Below the pieces are notes generated by a model. That model was not told where the DNA came from. It did not search any database and was given only the letters and a program-made list of their open reading frames with translations. From Haliotis rufescens (Eukaryota): a stretch of DNA of 64,000 nt. The position numbers and the translations under genes are program-made. The number at the start of each line of letters is the position of its first letter. The stretch's first letter is position 1. The stretch covers positions 6,572,001-6,636,000 of the forward strand of contig NW_025963957.1 in assembly GCF_023055435.1 (NCBI RefSeq), in the 5' to 3' direction. Positions 1 through 11,484 of the stretch are shown here, piece after piece.

Positions 1-2135
1 GGAGACAGAGTAACCTGTAAGTCAATGAGCTACGAATACAACAAAATATGTATCGGTAGATGTAATCAAATGTTGGACTGACTTTTGATGTTTTGAATAC
101 ACACTTTGAATCCAGCTAGCTATATCATGGTGTCCTGTACACAACTTAATGTTGACCTGACAACCCAGTCATTGATTTGAGAAAAATGCAATCGCGGCGA
201 GTGACCCACAGTAACTGAACGTGACCACCGAATTCATTACGTTCACTGGTATATGTCATCGTGGAGAAAGACCTATCACCCTAGGGTTAATAGAGCACCT
301 TTGTTTGGTTAAAATATAATGATATCATCACTTTAAATGGCCAGATAATTAATGGTGCAGCAGTACAATAAATAGTGCACAAGATCATGTGACCTCACAA
401 ATATGGAGAGGCAATTTCAAAACAGTCAGATCTCCACTGAGAGAAAAAGAATGCTTCTAACTCGAGCTATAGCACATTGAAAGCTGAAATTTGTTAGTGA
501 GCACTACACTAAATGGTAATTATTTCAAGATTCCAGTCAAATTGCACAAAAACAACTCTTATGGCTCTTCTTGTTCTTCTGTTACACGTAGTGTTATAAG
601 TATCAGAGGCAAGATTTGCAGGACGGGCCCGGTATTAAGAAACATTAATCAGTGGCGTTTCTCACACCCTCCCCCCGTAGTCTCCCCCTTAGCAAAACAC
701 CCTGAGGGGGAGATACACCTTGGAACTACCGTTGACCTGGCTAGAACATGCATGTTAGCCACGGAAGGACGTCTAAACAAGGGGTGAGAGAAGTCAGGTA
801 TATTCTTAGAACTCAGGGATATTCTTGGAATACAAGCCCCAAAACAAAGTATCCTGATGGTCACTGCATTGACAACATGGGGGATTGCAGACGAGGTGCT
901 ACTTGTCAGGAGGTATAACCTTATTAGGACCATGATCAGGAATGTAAGATATGTTGAGAAAATATATATATGATTGTGAACCAGCCGAGCGATGCAGTCA
1001 AGGCCAAGAGTCAGAGCTACACATTGTAACTGTGTCTCAATAAAATCGTTGTGGACCCTCAGACAGACTTGTGTCGTATATAGAAGGAGTCAAGAAGTAT
1101 CCCCCAGAACGCAAACTTCTACGGCAGATATATTGGTGGAGAAAAGATTCCTGTACTTCCAAGCAGCAAGAACTGAGGTTAGTGTACCTATTATCTTCAT
1201 TAATTTCGTCTGGGGTCCACAGCCAGCACTAAAATTCCATCCGACTGTCTGTAAACACCATTCTAGAGCACCAACAACTTATTTTCCGGTACAAACAATA
1301 CCACTAATGCTCAATAAGTCAAGAACTTGTGTAACAAATACCTGGACCTCAATCCTAACAACGTTCGCCCAACAGGTGACCCTGTCAGGACGCTGCTCTC
1401 ATTCTGCTTAAACAGGTGTTTCAGCAGTGTTAGAAAATCTTTCATAGCACAAGCTCATTGTGCTCACCTGTGACGGTCCAGCCACAAGAACTCCACTCCA
1501 CTCCACTCCACTCCACTCCAGCAGTGACTATCTCATTGTACTCACCTTCAACACTCTAGCTCGAGTCCTTCACCCCACGTCACTAGTGACGATTTCCCTG
1601 CTATCAATATAGTCGTCCAGCCTCAAGTCTACCGCTGCAAGTCCATATGTCACCAACGACAGGGCAACCGCCAAGGCTTCCATCTGTGCAGTGACAGTGT
1701 CAAGAACCACGAACTGTGTAAACTACCAGAACTGCTCCAGATCTCTCTCCATTTTGTTCTCCCTTAGACTCAGTTATTTTACCTAAATTTTGTTATCAGC
1801 TTTCTCCTTGCCTCCATGACGCCAGTATGGAAGTTGCAGGAATAAGTCAACGTGATTTGTGTTGTGTGTTGTGTGTGAAACGATGGAAAAGATAAGCCAG
1901 ACAAATTTATTACCCCTGTGAACAAGATGGTCAGACCTACTTATGAATGAGGGATCAGACCCCACAGGAAGACATTTATTGAAAGGGGCAACTGTTGAGT
2001 TCAGTAATAAGTCCTTAGAAAAGATTAACTGTGTGACATTTCATATCATTGACAATTGATCGGTCTAAACAATGTCAGATGGTCATACCAGCCTGGCAGA
2101 CAATTACTGATAATATCAACTGGAAATACACATTT

Positions 2136-3835
2136 CAGTGTGCGAGCTTGTAATTGATATCTTTTCCCGTAAAAACCAAGCCTCGTTCTCAAGTGCGACC
2201 TACAAACAGTAAATACAATTTGCTAGCAGATGACATATTCACTCTATAGTCTCTGTCAACTGGAATTTTTAAACAGAGGTTTCTACTGAAACAACTTTTT
2301 TGTACTTTTATTAGCTTTCCATGTTACAAAATATATTCACTGGATATTAATGCTTTTCACCTGGATAATAAGGTTTATTCATTTCATGATGAGGATCATC
2401 TTTTTTTAAATTGTCCCAACTGTATGCATACCTGACTAGGACGACATTGGCTACCATTATGTTACGATGTCTTACATTTTTCTCAGGAGGAATGCCATTA
2501 TTTTTTCTTTTGTTTCTATTTTTTCTGACTTGTTGGATGGCATAAATGCACATATATTCACAAGATGTAAAATTCTACTAGCGTTTAAACTTCTATATAA
2601 TATTAATGCATACACAAGCCTTATTGGTATAAATGTACTCTTGATATTATCCACTTGAAAATTCATTAGTTATAGAGGTGCCAGAATTCCAATATGTTCA
2701 TACCTTTCTTGACAAATCTCCAGTGGTGTCACTTGGAAGTCGCATCATGATAAATAGTTAGTAAGAGACTGGTATTCCAAGTGAGTTCCAAGAAAATAAC
2801 AGTTGAAACACACAATTTAGCCATGACCGAGCATAAAAATGCAATAGCCAAGGTATAATCCAAAAGTAATCGTCCACCACAACAGTAAAAGAAGTATACT
2901 GCTACAGCAGAAGATAGGTTTGAGCCAATCATTTTACTGATAGAGGTCACGTGACTAAAATCTTGACAACTTCCGGTGGTGTGAAGGGTTACTTTCCCTA
3001 ATTAAAACTAACAAACCAATACATATTTGAGATTTAAGTTCTGATTTATTTAAGCGCAAATGTCTGTTCAGTGTGATAACACTGACAAACTATGTCCAGA
3101 CAGCTTAAGACAGAAAGAACCAAATGTCAAACACCACAACCTGTAAACCATCAGTTTAGACCCCTGACACACAAATTAGTCCCTCAATGACATATCAGTC
3201 AACTCAAATTTAAACAAACGGTGTTAAACTGCCCTAAAGTAACATATCTGTCACTAGAATGTGATGCTATCAGTAAGATGCCAGATTTATTTATGTTTCT
3301 GGCCGCTCTGTGTGGGACTTCTTGGTCACTTTGAGGGGGAAACTGGGGACTGTCTTTTATCCAATTAAAAACATGTTTACATTTGTAGCTCCTCCTGTTT
3401 TAAGTTGGATATAGTAAGCTTAGTGATCAGTGATTGCAGGAAACATAGGAATTGGCCCCTCCTCCCTTTAAGATAGCTGGAACCCATATTTTTGTGAATG
3501 ACTTCTACCCTGTGAGAGAATATTTTGAGGTCACGTGACTTCAATAAACATGTTCTCACAGCCTCTACAGTGCATGGATGGGTTATATTTAGGTATTATT
3601 TTGGTAAATTGACATATGTGGAAATGGGAAATATATGAAAACATTACATGTACATATAGGATTTGTAATAAAAGGTTTATATGAGGTAGGTGTAGAGCCC
3701 AGGATTTTTCACTTCCTGTGACAGGGGCTGTGACGTCACTATGGGGCCTTTAGCATTGAATCTATTTATAACCTGTGTGAAAGCGAGGCTTGGTTTTCAT
3801 CTATAAGAGGTAACATAGCCTGAGCTCGCACACTG
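2136..3835. mobile_element. Non-autonomous TIR DNA transposon (about 1.7 kb) carrying a decayed ORF of unknown identity
   Basis: CAGTGTGCGAGCT...AAAACCAAGCCTCG (2136-2185) is inverted at CGAGGCTTGGTTTT...AGCTCGCACACTG (3784-3835); TTT flanks both ends. Confidence 0.55.
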
Positions 3836-4146
3836 TTTATAACATGGGTGGACGGAAAGATAAAGGTACAGGAATACAATTCGCTTCATTCATTGACAAC
3901 TTGCCCAGGCATTACAATAGAAACCAATTCTCTCTTGAGCGACCAGTCCCATGATGAACAAACAGTTACTGTGCAAAGAGTACGGGATGTAAACAGGGCC
4001 ATGAAGCCAAGAAAAAGATGTGCATCTGATAATCCCTCCCCACAAAGGAGGAGAAATTTGAAAAGGAGGTTGATCACTTCAAAACAAAGTGGAACACTAA
4101 ATTTTATTACAGCACTAATGTAGAGAAGATAGCACTGTATAATAAG

Positions 4147-4600
4147 ATGGACACTACCAAGATGAAGATGGGAGAAGGGAAAGTGTCGCAGGTGTCTACC
4201 TTTTCTTTTCTTAACAGCATCATGGACTTCTACATTAGTCACAGTGTTGGCAGTACCACTCAAACTGATGGCAGCGCATCAGCTAGTTCAAGAAGCTGTA
4301 ATTACCAGTATGCTACCTTTGATGAGAGCCTGAATGAAGACTTATTCCAAACTACACCTACAACTATCCAAACAATGATTAACAGAATTGAACTTCAGTC
4401 CAAGTGTACTTTCAAACTCACTTCTGGCGACTGTGAAAAAAGAAATTATGTTGCTAAATTCAACATAAAATGTTCAAGTGGTCAATTCTGCGGAATGGTG
4501 CTCATCACAACATGTGGAGGGTGGCAAACTACCAGCAAATCTGAGGCTGGCCCATGCCTTTTTTGACATGTACTTTCCATTCCTTCTATCGCTACCAGTA
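4147..4600 (+). pseudogene. Kolobok-like transposase, N-terminal remnant (frameshifted)
   Basis: KCSSG..WCSSQHVEGGKLPANLRLAHAF resembles ASSPYLPDNKFLVNEKIGHA upstream of the 24076 ORF. Confidence 0.45.
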
Positions 4601-4982
4601 TTTCTTCCAAAAGAGAACATGAAACATCACATAACAATAGTATTCCGCCATTATCAAAAGAGGGTAACTGTCATGGAAAACATAACACACAAACATCAGA
4701 CCCAAGAACTCCATCTCATGGGCATAAGAACATGCTTTAAGATGCTGATCAACCTAAAAGGAAAAAAACACGGGACAAAGCTAATGCAGAGCCTTACCCC
4801 ATGGCCAAAAAAATACATCCATGCCCAATTAAACTTAAAAGATATTGAGGCATATTGTATGTGTTATTCTATGATGAATGAAGTAACATGAAAATAATTC
4901 AGCTGACATAGCAGGATACCATGTTGTGTGTTATTCTCTGCCTTCCTTGGGCGGTTGTATGGCTAACCGTTATCACATTTAT

Positions 4983-6013
4983 CAAGGAATTACAGATATC
5001 TTCAATTCTTTTAAAGATATCGGTATTTTATTTAAAGATATCAATAATGTTTTTAAGATATCAAAAAATAATTGAAGATATCTTAAATTCATTTCTAATA
5101 TCCATAATGCAATTACTGATATCTTAAAATGTTACAGTGATATCAACAAATTAGTTTGTGATATCTCTAAATGTACTTAAGATATCATTAAACATTTACC
5201 ATCCTACTGTACATATAAATATATTAGAAATAAATTCAAGATATCTTAAATTCAATTCAAGATATCTTGAAACAAGTATTTGTCACAGAGTGACGAAATA
5301 TCCCCCGCCTGTACACCATAGTACCAAATATGAAGAAAATCCAGCGATTAGTTCTTGAGATATCGCGGCAACACCGTTTTCCAACTCTAAAAGCAGATTT
5401 GTCTGCTGTGACCTTGAAAATGGGATCAAGGTCACCAAAACCGACTGGTGTCTGCGGAGTCTGTATATACACCATAGTTCTAAATATGAAGACAATCCAG
5501 TATTTAGTTCTTGAGATATCGCGGCAACACCGTTTTCCAACTCTAAAAGCAGATTTGTCTGCTGTGACCTTGAAAATGGGATCAAGGTCACCAAAACCGA
5601 CTGGTGTCTGCGGAGTCTGTATATACACCATAGTTCCAAATATGAAAACAATCCAGTGTTTAGTTCTTGAGATATCGCGGCAACAAACAGGTGGGACGTA
5701 CGGACGTACGGACGGTCGTGAATACTATATCCCCCGCTTCGCGCTTTCGCGCGGCGGGGGATAATAAGTTATACATATCCACAAATGCATTACAGATATT
5801 AATTTGTTTTAGATATCTTTAATTCAATTCCAGATATCATTAATTCTGATCGTTACTGATATCAAAAATCCAATTAAAGATATCATTAATAATTTTGATG
5901 ATATCTTTATGTCAATTATTGATATCAGTTATCTAATTTAAGGAACATGAAGGAATTACACGAATTGTTCCAGTCCCCCAAATGGCGGGAAATGATTTAC
6001 AGATATCTTTAAA
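4983..6013. repeat. AGATATC-rich repeat element interrupted by a Helentron-type insertion
   Basis: More than 15 GATATC motifs at about 20-nt spacing on both sides of 5270-5766. Confidence 0.5.
5270..5766 (-). mobile_element. Non-autonomous Helentron/HINE-type element with an internal 156-bp tandem repeat (about 2.4 copies)
   Basis: AACAAG end; repeated ATATCCCCCG subterminal motif; 156-bp period (5313/5469/5625); (GACG)n microsatellite; terminal CCCCCGC...GCGGGGG hairpin followed by ATAATAA. Confidence 0.7.
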
Positions 6014-6669
6014 TACTTCCTGTCTGGCTACATATCCGTAAATTCTTCCGGTTCCAATATGGCGGCAAACCACGCCCAACTTGTGCAGGAGCTTGTCTCA
6101 ACAGCACGCCAAGCAATTCGCGGAGGAGTTGAGTCCGATACTGACAATGACAGCAGTGACCAATTTCAAAACATGGTCTCAGTAATGAGAAGAAGTTTTT
6201 CAAGATCAGACACAAGTATTGACGGCAAGTCATAATATTAACGATGAGAAGAGATGATATATTATTTAAACACAATACAAACTTATTTGCAAGTGCTCTG
6301 GTCACTTTATAGTAATTAAGCGGTCTGCATGAGATCACCAAAAATGTTAAGGGAAGTCATCGAGGCGGCACGACTTGCTGAAAGTGTCCTGCCCCCGATG
6401 GAAGCCACATCCCTGGCTGTGAGTCTCCTTTCCGCCAGTGCCGTATGAACGACGACATCCTGCCTGTACTCGCTGTGATGAGTACAATCATGCCAAGTCT
6501 CAATGTCCCGCACTGAGTAGACAATGTTATAATTGTGGTCGATAGGACTTTTAAAGGCAGTCTGTATATCTGCAAAGGGCAACAGGCAGTTTAATCCATG
6601 TTATCAGTATAGGAGATAGGGACGCGCACCTGCACAATGGAGACAAAGTTCCCGCTCAGGATATTTGAA

Positions 6670-6900
6670 TCAAAATCTAAAAATTCGCTAACTGATATTT
6701 TCAAAATTTCAAATGTCAAACACCCTTGGACGAACGTCTCTGTGGTCACTGCTCAGTCCTTGAAGATGAAGAACATTATTTGATATCTAGTGTAAATATG
6801 CAGATGTAAGGCACTCCCCATTTCCTTAAAACATTTTGAAAGTCTTAAAATCTGAAATATTTAGTCTACTTTTTTCTTATAGACATAGAAATAATCTGCT
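6670..6900 (+). mobile_element. Degenerate LINE ORF2 C-terminal fragment
   Basis: RLCGHCSVLEDEEHY zinc-knuckle motif, as in the copies at 8197, 9010 and 18090. Confidence 0.45.
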
Positions 6901-7544
6901 ATCACAGTGCAACAAGTGTGTGTTGACAATGGCTTTGACTTTAAACCCCTCAATAGTTACTTCACTGACAGAAATAATTTTGCCTCTACATACATACAGT
7001 GTACATCCAAATCACATTGGCTCTGCTGTTATGGGCAAAGTAATGAGGACATTCATATAAAAACATGGAAAAGAAGACATAAACTTGTAAATCTGACTAA
7101 CTCTCCATCATCTTTGAACAGAGAAAGCAGGGATACTAAATGCAAAGGGACTTCACATGATGATGTAACAGCTCCTTCTGTGAGCTGCACAGAGACAACA
7201 ACTCCCAGCATCAGCCACCCAACAGTGATTACTGAACACACCAGCTCATCTCCATCTGCCGTGACAAGACATACCTGACTGTAATATATGACTGTTATAA
7301 TTATCTGGGAATTGTATTCCACAAAAATGGTTCATTCAAGCAAGCAATAATGAACTTGAAAACCAAAGCCATGAGAGCGTGGCACAAGATGAAAAATAAC
7401 ATCACAATGAATTCCTCATCTGTTACATCTCCTATTTCATTTACAAAATGTTCAGGCAAAGAAAATCTGCATCTCCTCTCTAGACCTTAATGATAGCAAT
7501 ATTTGTATTCCATTGTGTATGTCAATGTTTCTAACTTTTCATTA

Positions 7545-7617
7545 TAATTAGTCATGAGCATGTTTTGTACCCTGCCCCCTGTGGGTGTTTATGTACAATA
7601 AATATTCTTCTTCTTCT
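7545..7617 (+). mobile_element. Retro-element 3' tail ending AATAAA-(CTT)n; second copy at about 9895-9966
   Basis: The string catgttttgtaccctgccccctgtgggtgtttatgtacaataaat followed by (CTT)n occurs at both sites. Confidence 0.6.
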
Positions 7618-7939
7618 ACGTCCAAATCAAAAGACAGTCATTGAAAGGTATTTAAATGGTAAAGATGTGTTGTTTTGCTCTCCAACTGGGAGTGGAAAAT
7701 CATTGACATTTGAACTTTCTCCCTATTTATACAAGGCAGTAGAAAACACAAGCCATGCTTCTGTCATTGTTTTGTCACCCTTGATCGCACTTATGAAGAA
7801 GCAAACGGAGAAATGTGTGTCATTAGGACTCAAAGCTGTGTACCTGAATGATGTCGCACAGAAGGCAACACTGACGAATGATGACAGTCTGGTATCTACC
7901 ATAGAGAAATTGACTGTCGATGACATAAGGGATGGATGA
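7617..7939 (+). pseudogene. RecQ-type SF2 helicase N-terminal fragment (probably AcademH-associated)
   Basis: RPNQ Q-motif, KDVLFCSPTGSGKSLTF (Walker A), VIVLSPLIALM (motif Ia). The 5' end is replaced by a retro-element tail and the ORF stops before the DEAH motif. Confidence 0.75.
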
Positions 7940-8096
7940 GGTGAAGTTGTTTAGCCAAGCTGGTACCCAAGCTTGCTCTCAAAATAGATTTCTGGACATT
8001 TGATACTTACTGCCCTCTAAACTGACCCCCTGCTTCCAGTGGGAGGGTTGTGTGTTTGGGGAGAGGTGGTGGGGGCAATAAATGTTCCTGTCACAC

Positions 8097-8220
8097 ACAC
8101 TTCCTGTCCACTGCCATTCCGTGGAGGATGAGGAACACTTCCTGTCCACCGCCATTCCGTGGAGGATGAGGAACACTTCCTGTCCACCGCCATTCCGTGG
8201 AGGATGAGGAACACTTCCTG
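8097..8220 (+). repeat. 38-bp tandem repeat (3 copies) derived from a LINE zinc-knuckle coding segment
   Basis: Unit cacttcctgtccaccgccattccgtggaggatgaggaa; runs into EDEEHFLLSCPL. Confidence 0.8.
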
Positions 8221-8349
8221 CTCTCATGCCCACTGTGTACTGACCTTAGGAGAAATCTCATCTCACTGATAGAAATAGGCGACCCTTCCCAGACTGATAA
8301 AACCAACCTCCTAAAACAATTTATGAACCCACCAAAAGAATGGTCAAGT

Positions 8350-8520
8350 CTTGTTGCCAGGATCTCAGTTAGCCTTGTCTCATTGGAATGAGAATGTTGA
8401 CCGGGACTTTACCTCACAATGGCATGCCAGTAACTCCAGGGCACCAAGATCTCAAACCAGGCAGAAGAAGAATCTGTCACCTATCACTACTGCGGAAATA
8501 TTTGGAGCCGTTATGTGGGA
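8350..8520 (+). pseudogene. Kolobok-like transposase C-terminal remnant
   Basis: SQLALSHWNENVDRDFTS matches LAISDWNEHVDRPFSS (10212 ORF) and LAVCH*NKNVDRSFTS (about 25020). Confidence 0.65.
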
Positions 8521-9004
8521 AATTTGTTCTAATTGTCAGACTTTTAATTATTGCCAGGACTGTATTCCACATATTTAAGCTGAGGCCATGAGAAATTCTC
8601 TTCTAGTCCATCAACACTAATTTTTTATTCTTGATTCTTTCAATGGCATACCAGTGATGGGTGATAGGATCCTTTGCACTTGTCGTAAAATTCCAAGAAA
8701 TTATAGCTCTGCAGATTTTTTAGTCTCTGAAAATGAAGAGAGTCACTGGGCTCCTTTTTATTATATTTTGATTAAGAGAACTGAAAACTGTTTTTTTCTG
8801 TACGATATGTTCATTTCAGAGAATAGATGTTAGTTTATGTGGTAACAGTGAAAAGGAAACTTCTAAAGATAGAATTCATACTTTAGTATCTTGGACATCA
8901 GTGATCATGTGAGATGTTTGCATGATCTCAAAGCAGCAAATGATAAACTGAGAAGGGAAATTCATCTCTTGTTGAGCGCAAGATGTAAATGCAACAAGAG
9001 GCAC

Positions 9005-9857
9005 AGGAAAAAAACTTAGGACATACAGGATAGTTAAAAATGAAATAAAATTAGAACCCTATCTCAGTCACTGTAAAGTAAAAAAATATCAAGTGCGCTT
9101 TTCTAAACTAAAATTAAGTAACCATAAATTAAATATTGAACTTGGAATACAAAGCCACCAAGCCCACTACATCAGAGGCTATGCTCTACATGTTCAACCA
9201 TTGATGACGAAAAACACTACTTACTTCACTGTATTAAACACACTCAAGAAAGAAATATACTCTTTGAAAAATTATCCAGACAAAACGTAAATTGTCATGA
9301 AGACAAACTATTTCACTACATCCTCTCAAATAATGAAGCAGTCAATATCAACTGTATTTGTTTCCATATCTATAATTTTAGTAAAATCTAAATATTTTTT
9401 ACATTTGTATACTTATCCTGCATTACTCCTTAATGTATTCACGTGACAGGCAGTGATGTGAAGAGTTGACCTTTGGTCACGTGAGGTCACAGGGACAGCG
9501 ACAGCGGGGTGGAAAAGTGGGATTACGAACAGAGCCATTCACCCAAGGACCATCGCCGGAGTGCTGTCCCAGTTCGTTTTTTTTGTCGTAAGGTAAGCAG
9601 TGAATGCATTTAAGGAGTAATGCAGGATAAGTAAAAAATTCAAACAATAAATACCCCTTCATAATGAACCGCTGACATTTTATGTATAAAAATATCATCA
9701 AAAATATTGATTGTTTTATTTTTGTATGTGTCTACAGGAATGTAAATTATGTATGTCTGTATATATGTATATATGAATCATAATGTCTTGTCTTTTAAAA
9801 TTGCATCTGTCCCGTAATGGAATGTTTCTGCAATAAATATTATCTTATCTTATCTTT
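9005..9857 (+). mobile_element. 5'-truncated LINE (RTE-X/L2-CR1-type C-terminus) with (TCTTA)n tail
   Basis: KLRTY..KNEIKLEPYL...KLKLSNHKLNIELG...LCSTCSTIDDEKHYLLHC; AATAAA plus (ATCTT)n tail; close copy at 18090-18657. Confidence 0.75.
9410..9633. mobile_element. MITE inserted into the LINE fragment
   Basis: About 33-bp TIR tacttatcctgcattactccttaa..attcac / gtgaat..ttaaggagtaatgcaggataagta; absent from the 18090 LINE copy. Confidence 0.75.
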
Positions 9858-10149
9858 GTAAGTTGGAGAATGATAATGAGAATGTAATGTTTTCAATTGG
9901 TCATGTTCATGTTTTGTACCCTGCCCCCTGTGGGTGTTTATGTACAATAAATCTTCTTCTTCTTCTATCTCCAAGAAGAAAGAACAGTGTTTATAGGACC
10001 TGCAGAAATCTAATGTGTACAGAAGGGAAGCAACATCTCGCTCATCATGGGCAAAAAAAACAAAACAACTAATAGTAGGCTGGGACTAACGCAAGAACAA
10101 GAACGGTTTGCCATGAATAAACAATTTAGAGCAAGATCTTGAGATTGAA

Positions 10150-10770
10150 AAAGTGCTCAGCAGAGATAATTACCTCAGTTTTGAGCGACACAGACAGGCC
10201 CAGCCCTCAACATGCAAGGGCAGAACACCATCAAAATGACTCCAGGGTCTTGTGCCGAATATGGTTGTTTGGGTGTTTCCCGGTCAAGCAGAACTTCATT
10301 TTTGTCACGTGTCATGCATTTCCAGAACAAGCACAAAACATGCCACGAGGAATCGGAATGCAGAAGAGCAGACTATGTTCCAGAATGGAGAATCATAACA
10401 GACCCATTTGCTGTAGAACTCTTGACAAAATTCATCAAAGCACAACTGATTTTCAAAATGCCTTTGGACTGTATTTTGGGTAACAGCACGTTTTATGTGG
10501 AGTCTTTCAACAATGCATGTTTAGCTCACCTGGATAAGAGAATTCATTATGAAACACTTGTGTACAAATCAAGAATGAGCCTGGCTATTTCAGACTGGAA
10601 CGAACATGTGGACAGACCTTTCTCATCTAGACACCAGCGACTCAGAGTGCATCATCCAAACAGATGCACTGGGAAGAAATGTTACAAGCAGAAAGATTAA
10701 GAATGTGTTGACAGATTTGGATACAACTACAGACGGTTCTTTCTGAAGATGATGATATGCCAGCTGAGAA
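10150..10770 (+). pseudogene. Kolobok-like transposase, C-terminal half
   Basis: HFQNKHKTCHEESEC...STFYVESFNN...LDKRIHY...YKSRMSLAISDWNEHVDR. The acidic tail resumes after the insertion, at about 11485. Confidence 0.7.
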
Positions 10771-11484
10771 CAAGCATGAAATACTCACATCCCCCGCCAA
10801 TATGACATGTCGGGTGTGTGCAATGCATTAGCTCCTGTGAACTATGTTCACTGGGCCTTTTTGTAAAGAAAAATAGTACGTTTTTCAAGATCTGCTCAGG
10901 AAAGGAGGACTACCTCCATTTTCAGTCCAAATCAAAGTCGTTGCCATGGAAACTCGAAAAAATAATTTTTTTAAAAATCCCAAACTATCAAAAGGCACCA
11001 GTTCACCACTAGACCTATCTATGTGCCAAGTATGGTGAAGAAATATGGTACGGTTTTCAAGATCTGCTCCGGAAACGAGGACTACTGCCATTTTCAGTCT
11101 AAATCAAAGTCGTTGCCATGGAAACTCGAAAAATAACTTTTTTAAAAATCCCAAACTATCAAAAGGCAACAGTTCACCACTAGACCTATCTATGTGCCAA
11201 GTATGGTGAAGAAATATGGTACGGTTTTCAAGATCTGCTCCGGAAACGAGGACTACTGCCATTTTCAGTCTAAATCAAAGTCGTTGCCATGGAAACTCGA
11301 AAAATAACTTTTTTAAAAATCCCAAACTATCAAAAGGCACCAGTTCACCACTAGATCTATCTATGTGCCAAGTTTGGTGAAGAGATATGGTACGCTTTTC
11401 AAGATCTGCTCCGGAAACGAAATGTGACGGACGGCTGGCACCCATTCCTATATCCCCCTTCCACTTCGTAGCAGGGGATAATAA
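10769..11484 (-). mobile_element. Second Helentron/HINE-type element with a 171-bp tandem repeat (about 3.2 copies)
   Basis: AACAAG...CATCCCCCG start; period 171-172 (10886/11058/11229/11400); GACGGACGG; ATATCCCCC...GGGGATAATAA end. Confidence 0.7.

Noticed and set aside
388-1780. LTR retrotransposon 5' LTR with tRNA-Ala-like PBS (AATAAA at about 1039, TGGTGGAGA at 1133)
   Set aside because: No second LTR, no clear CA end, and no recognisable gag/pol peptide. Plausible but unsupported.
7617-7939. Host RecQ/BLM/WRN gene
   Set aside because: It is a truncated single fragment with no further exons, embedded among transposon remnants.
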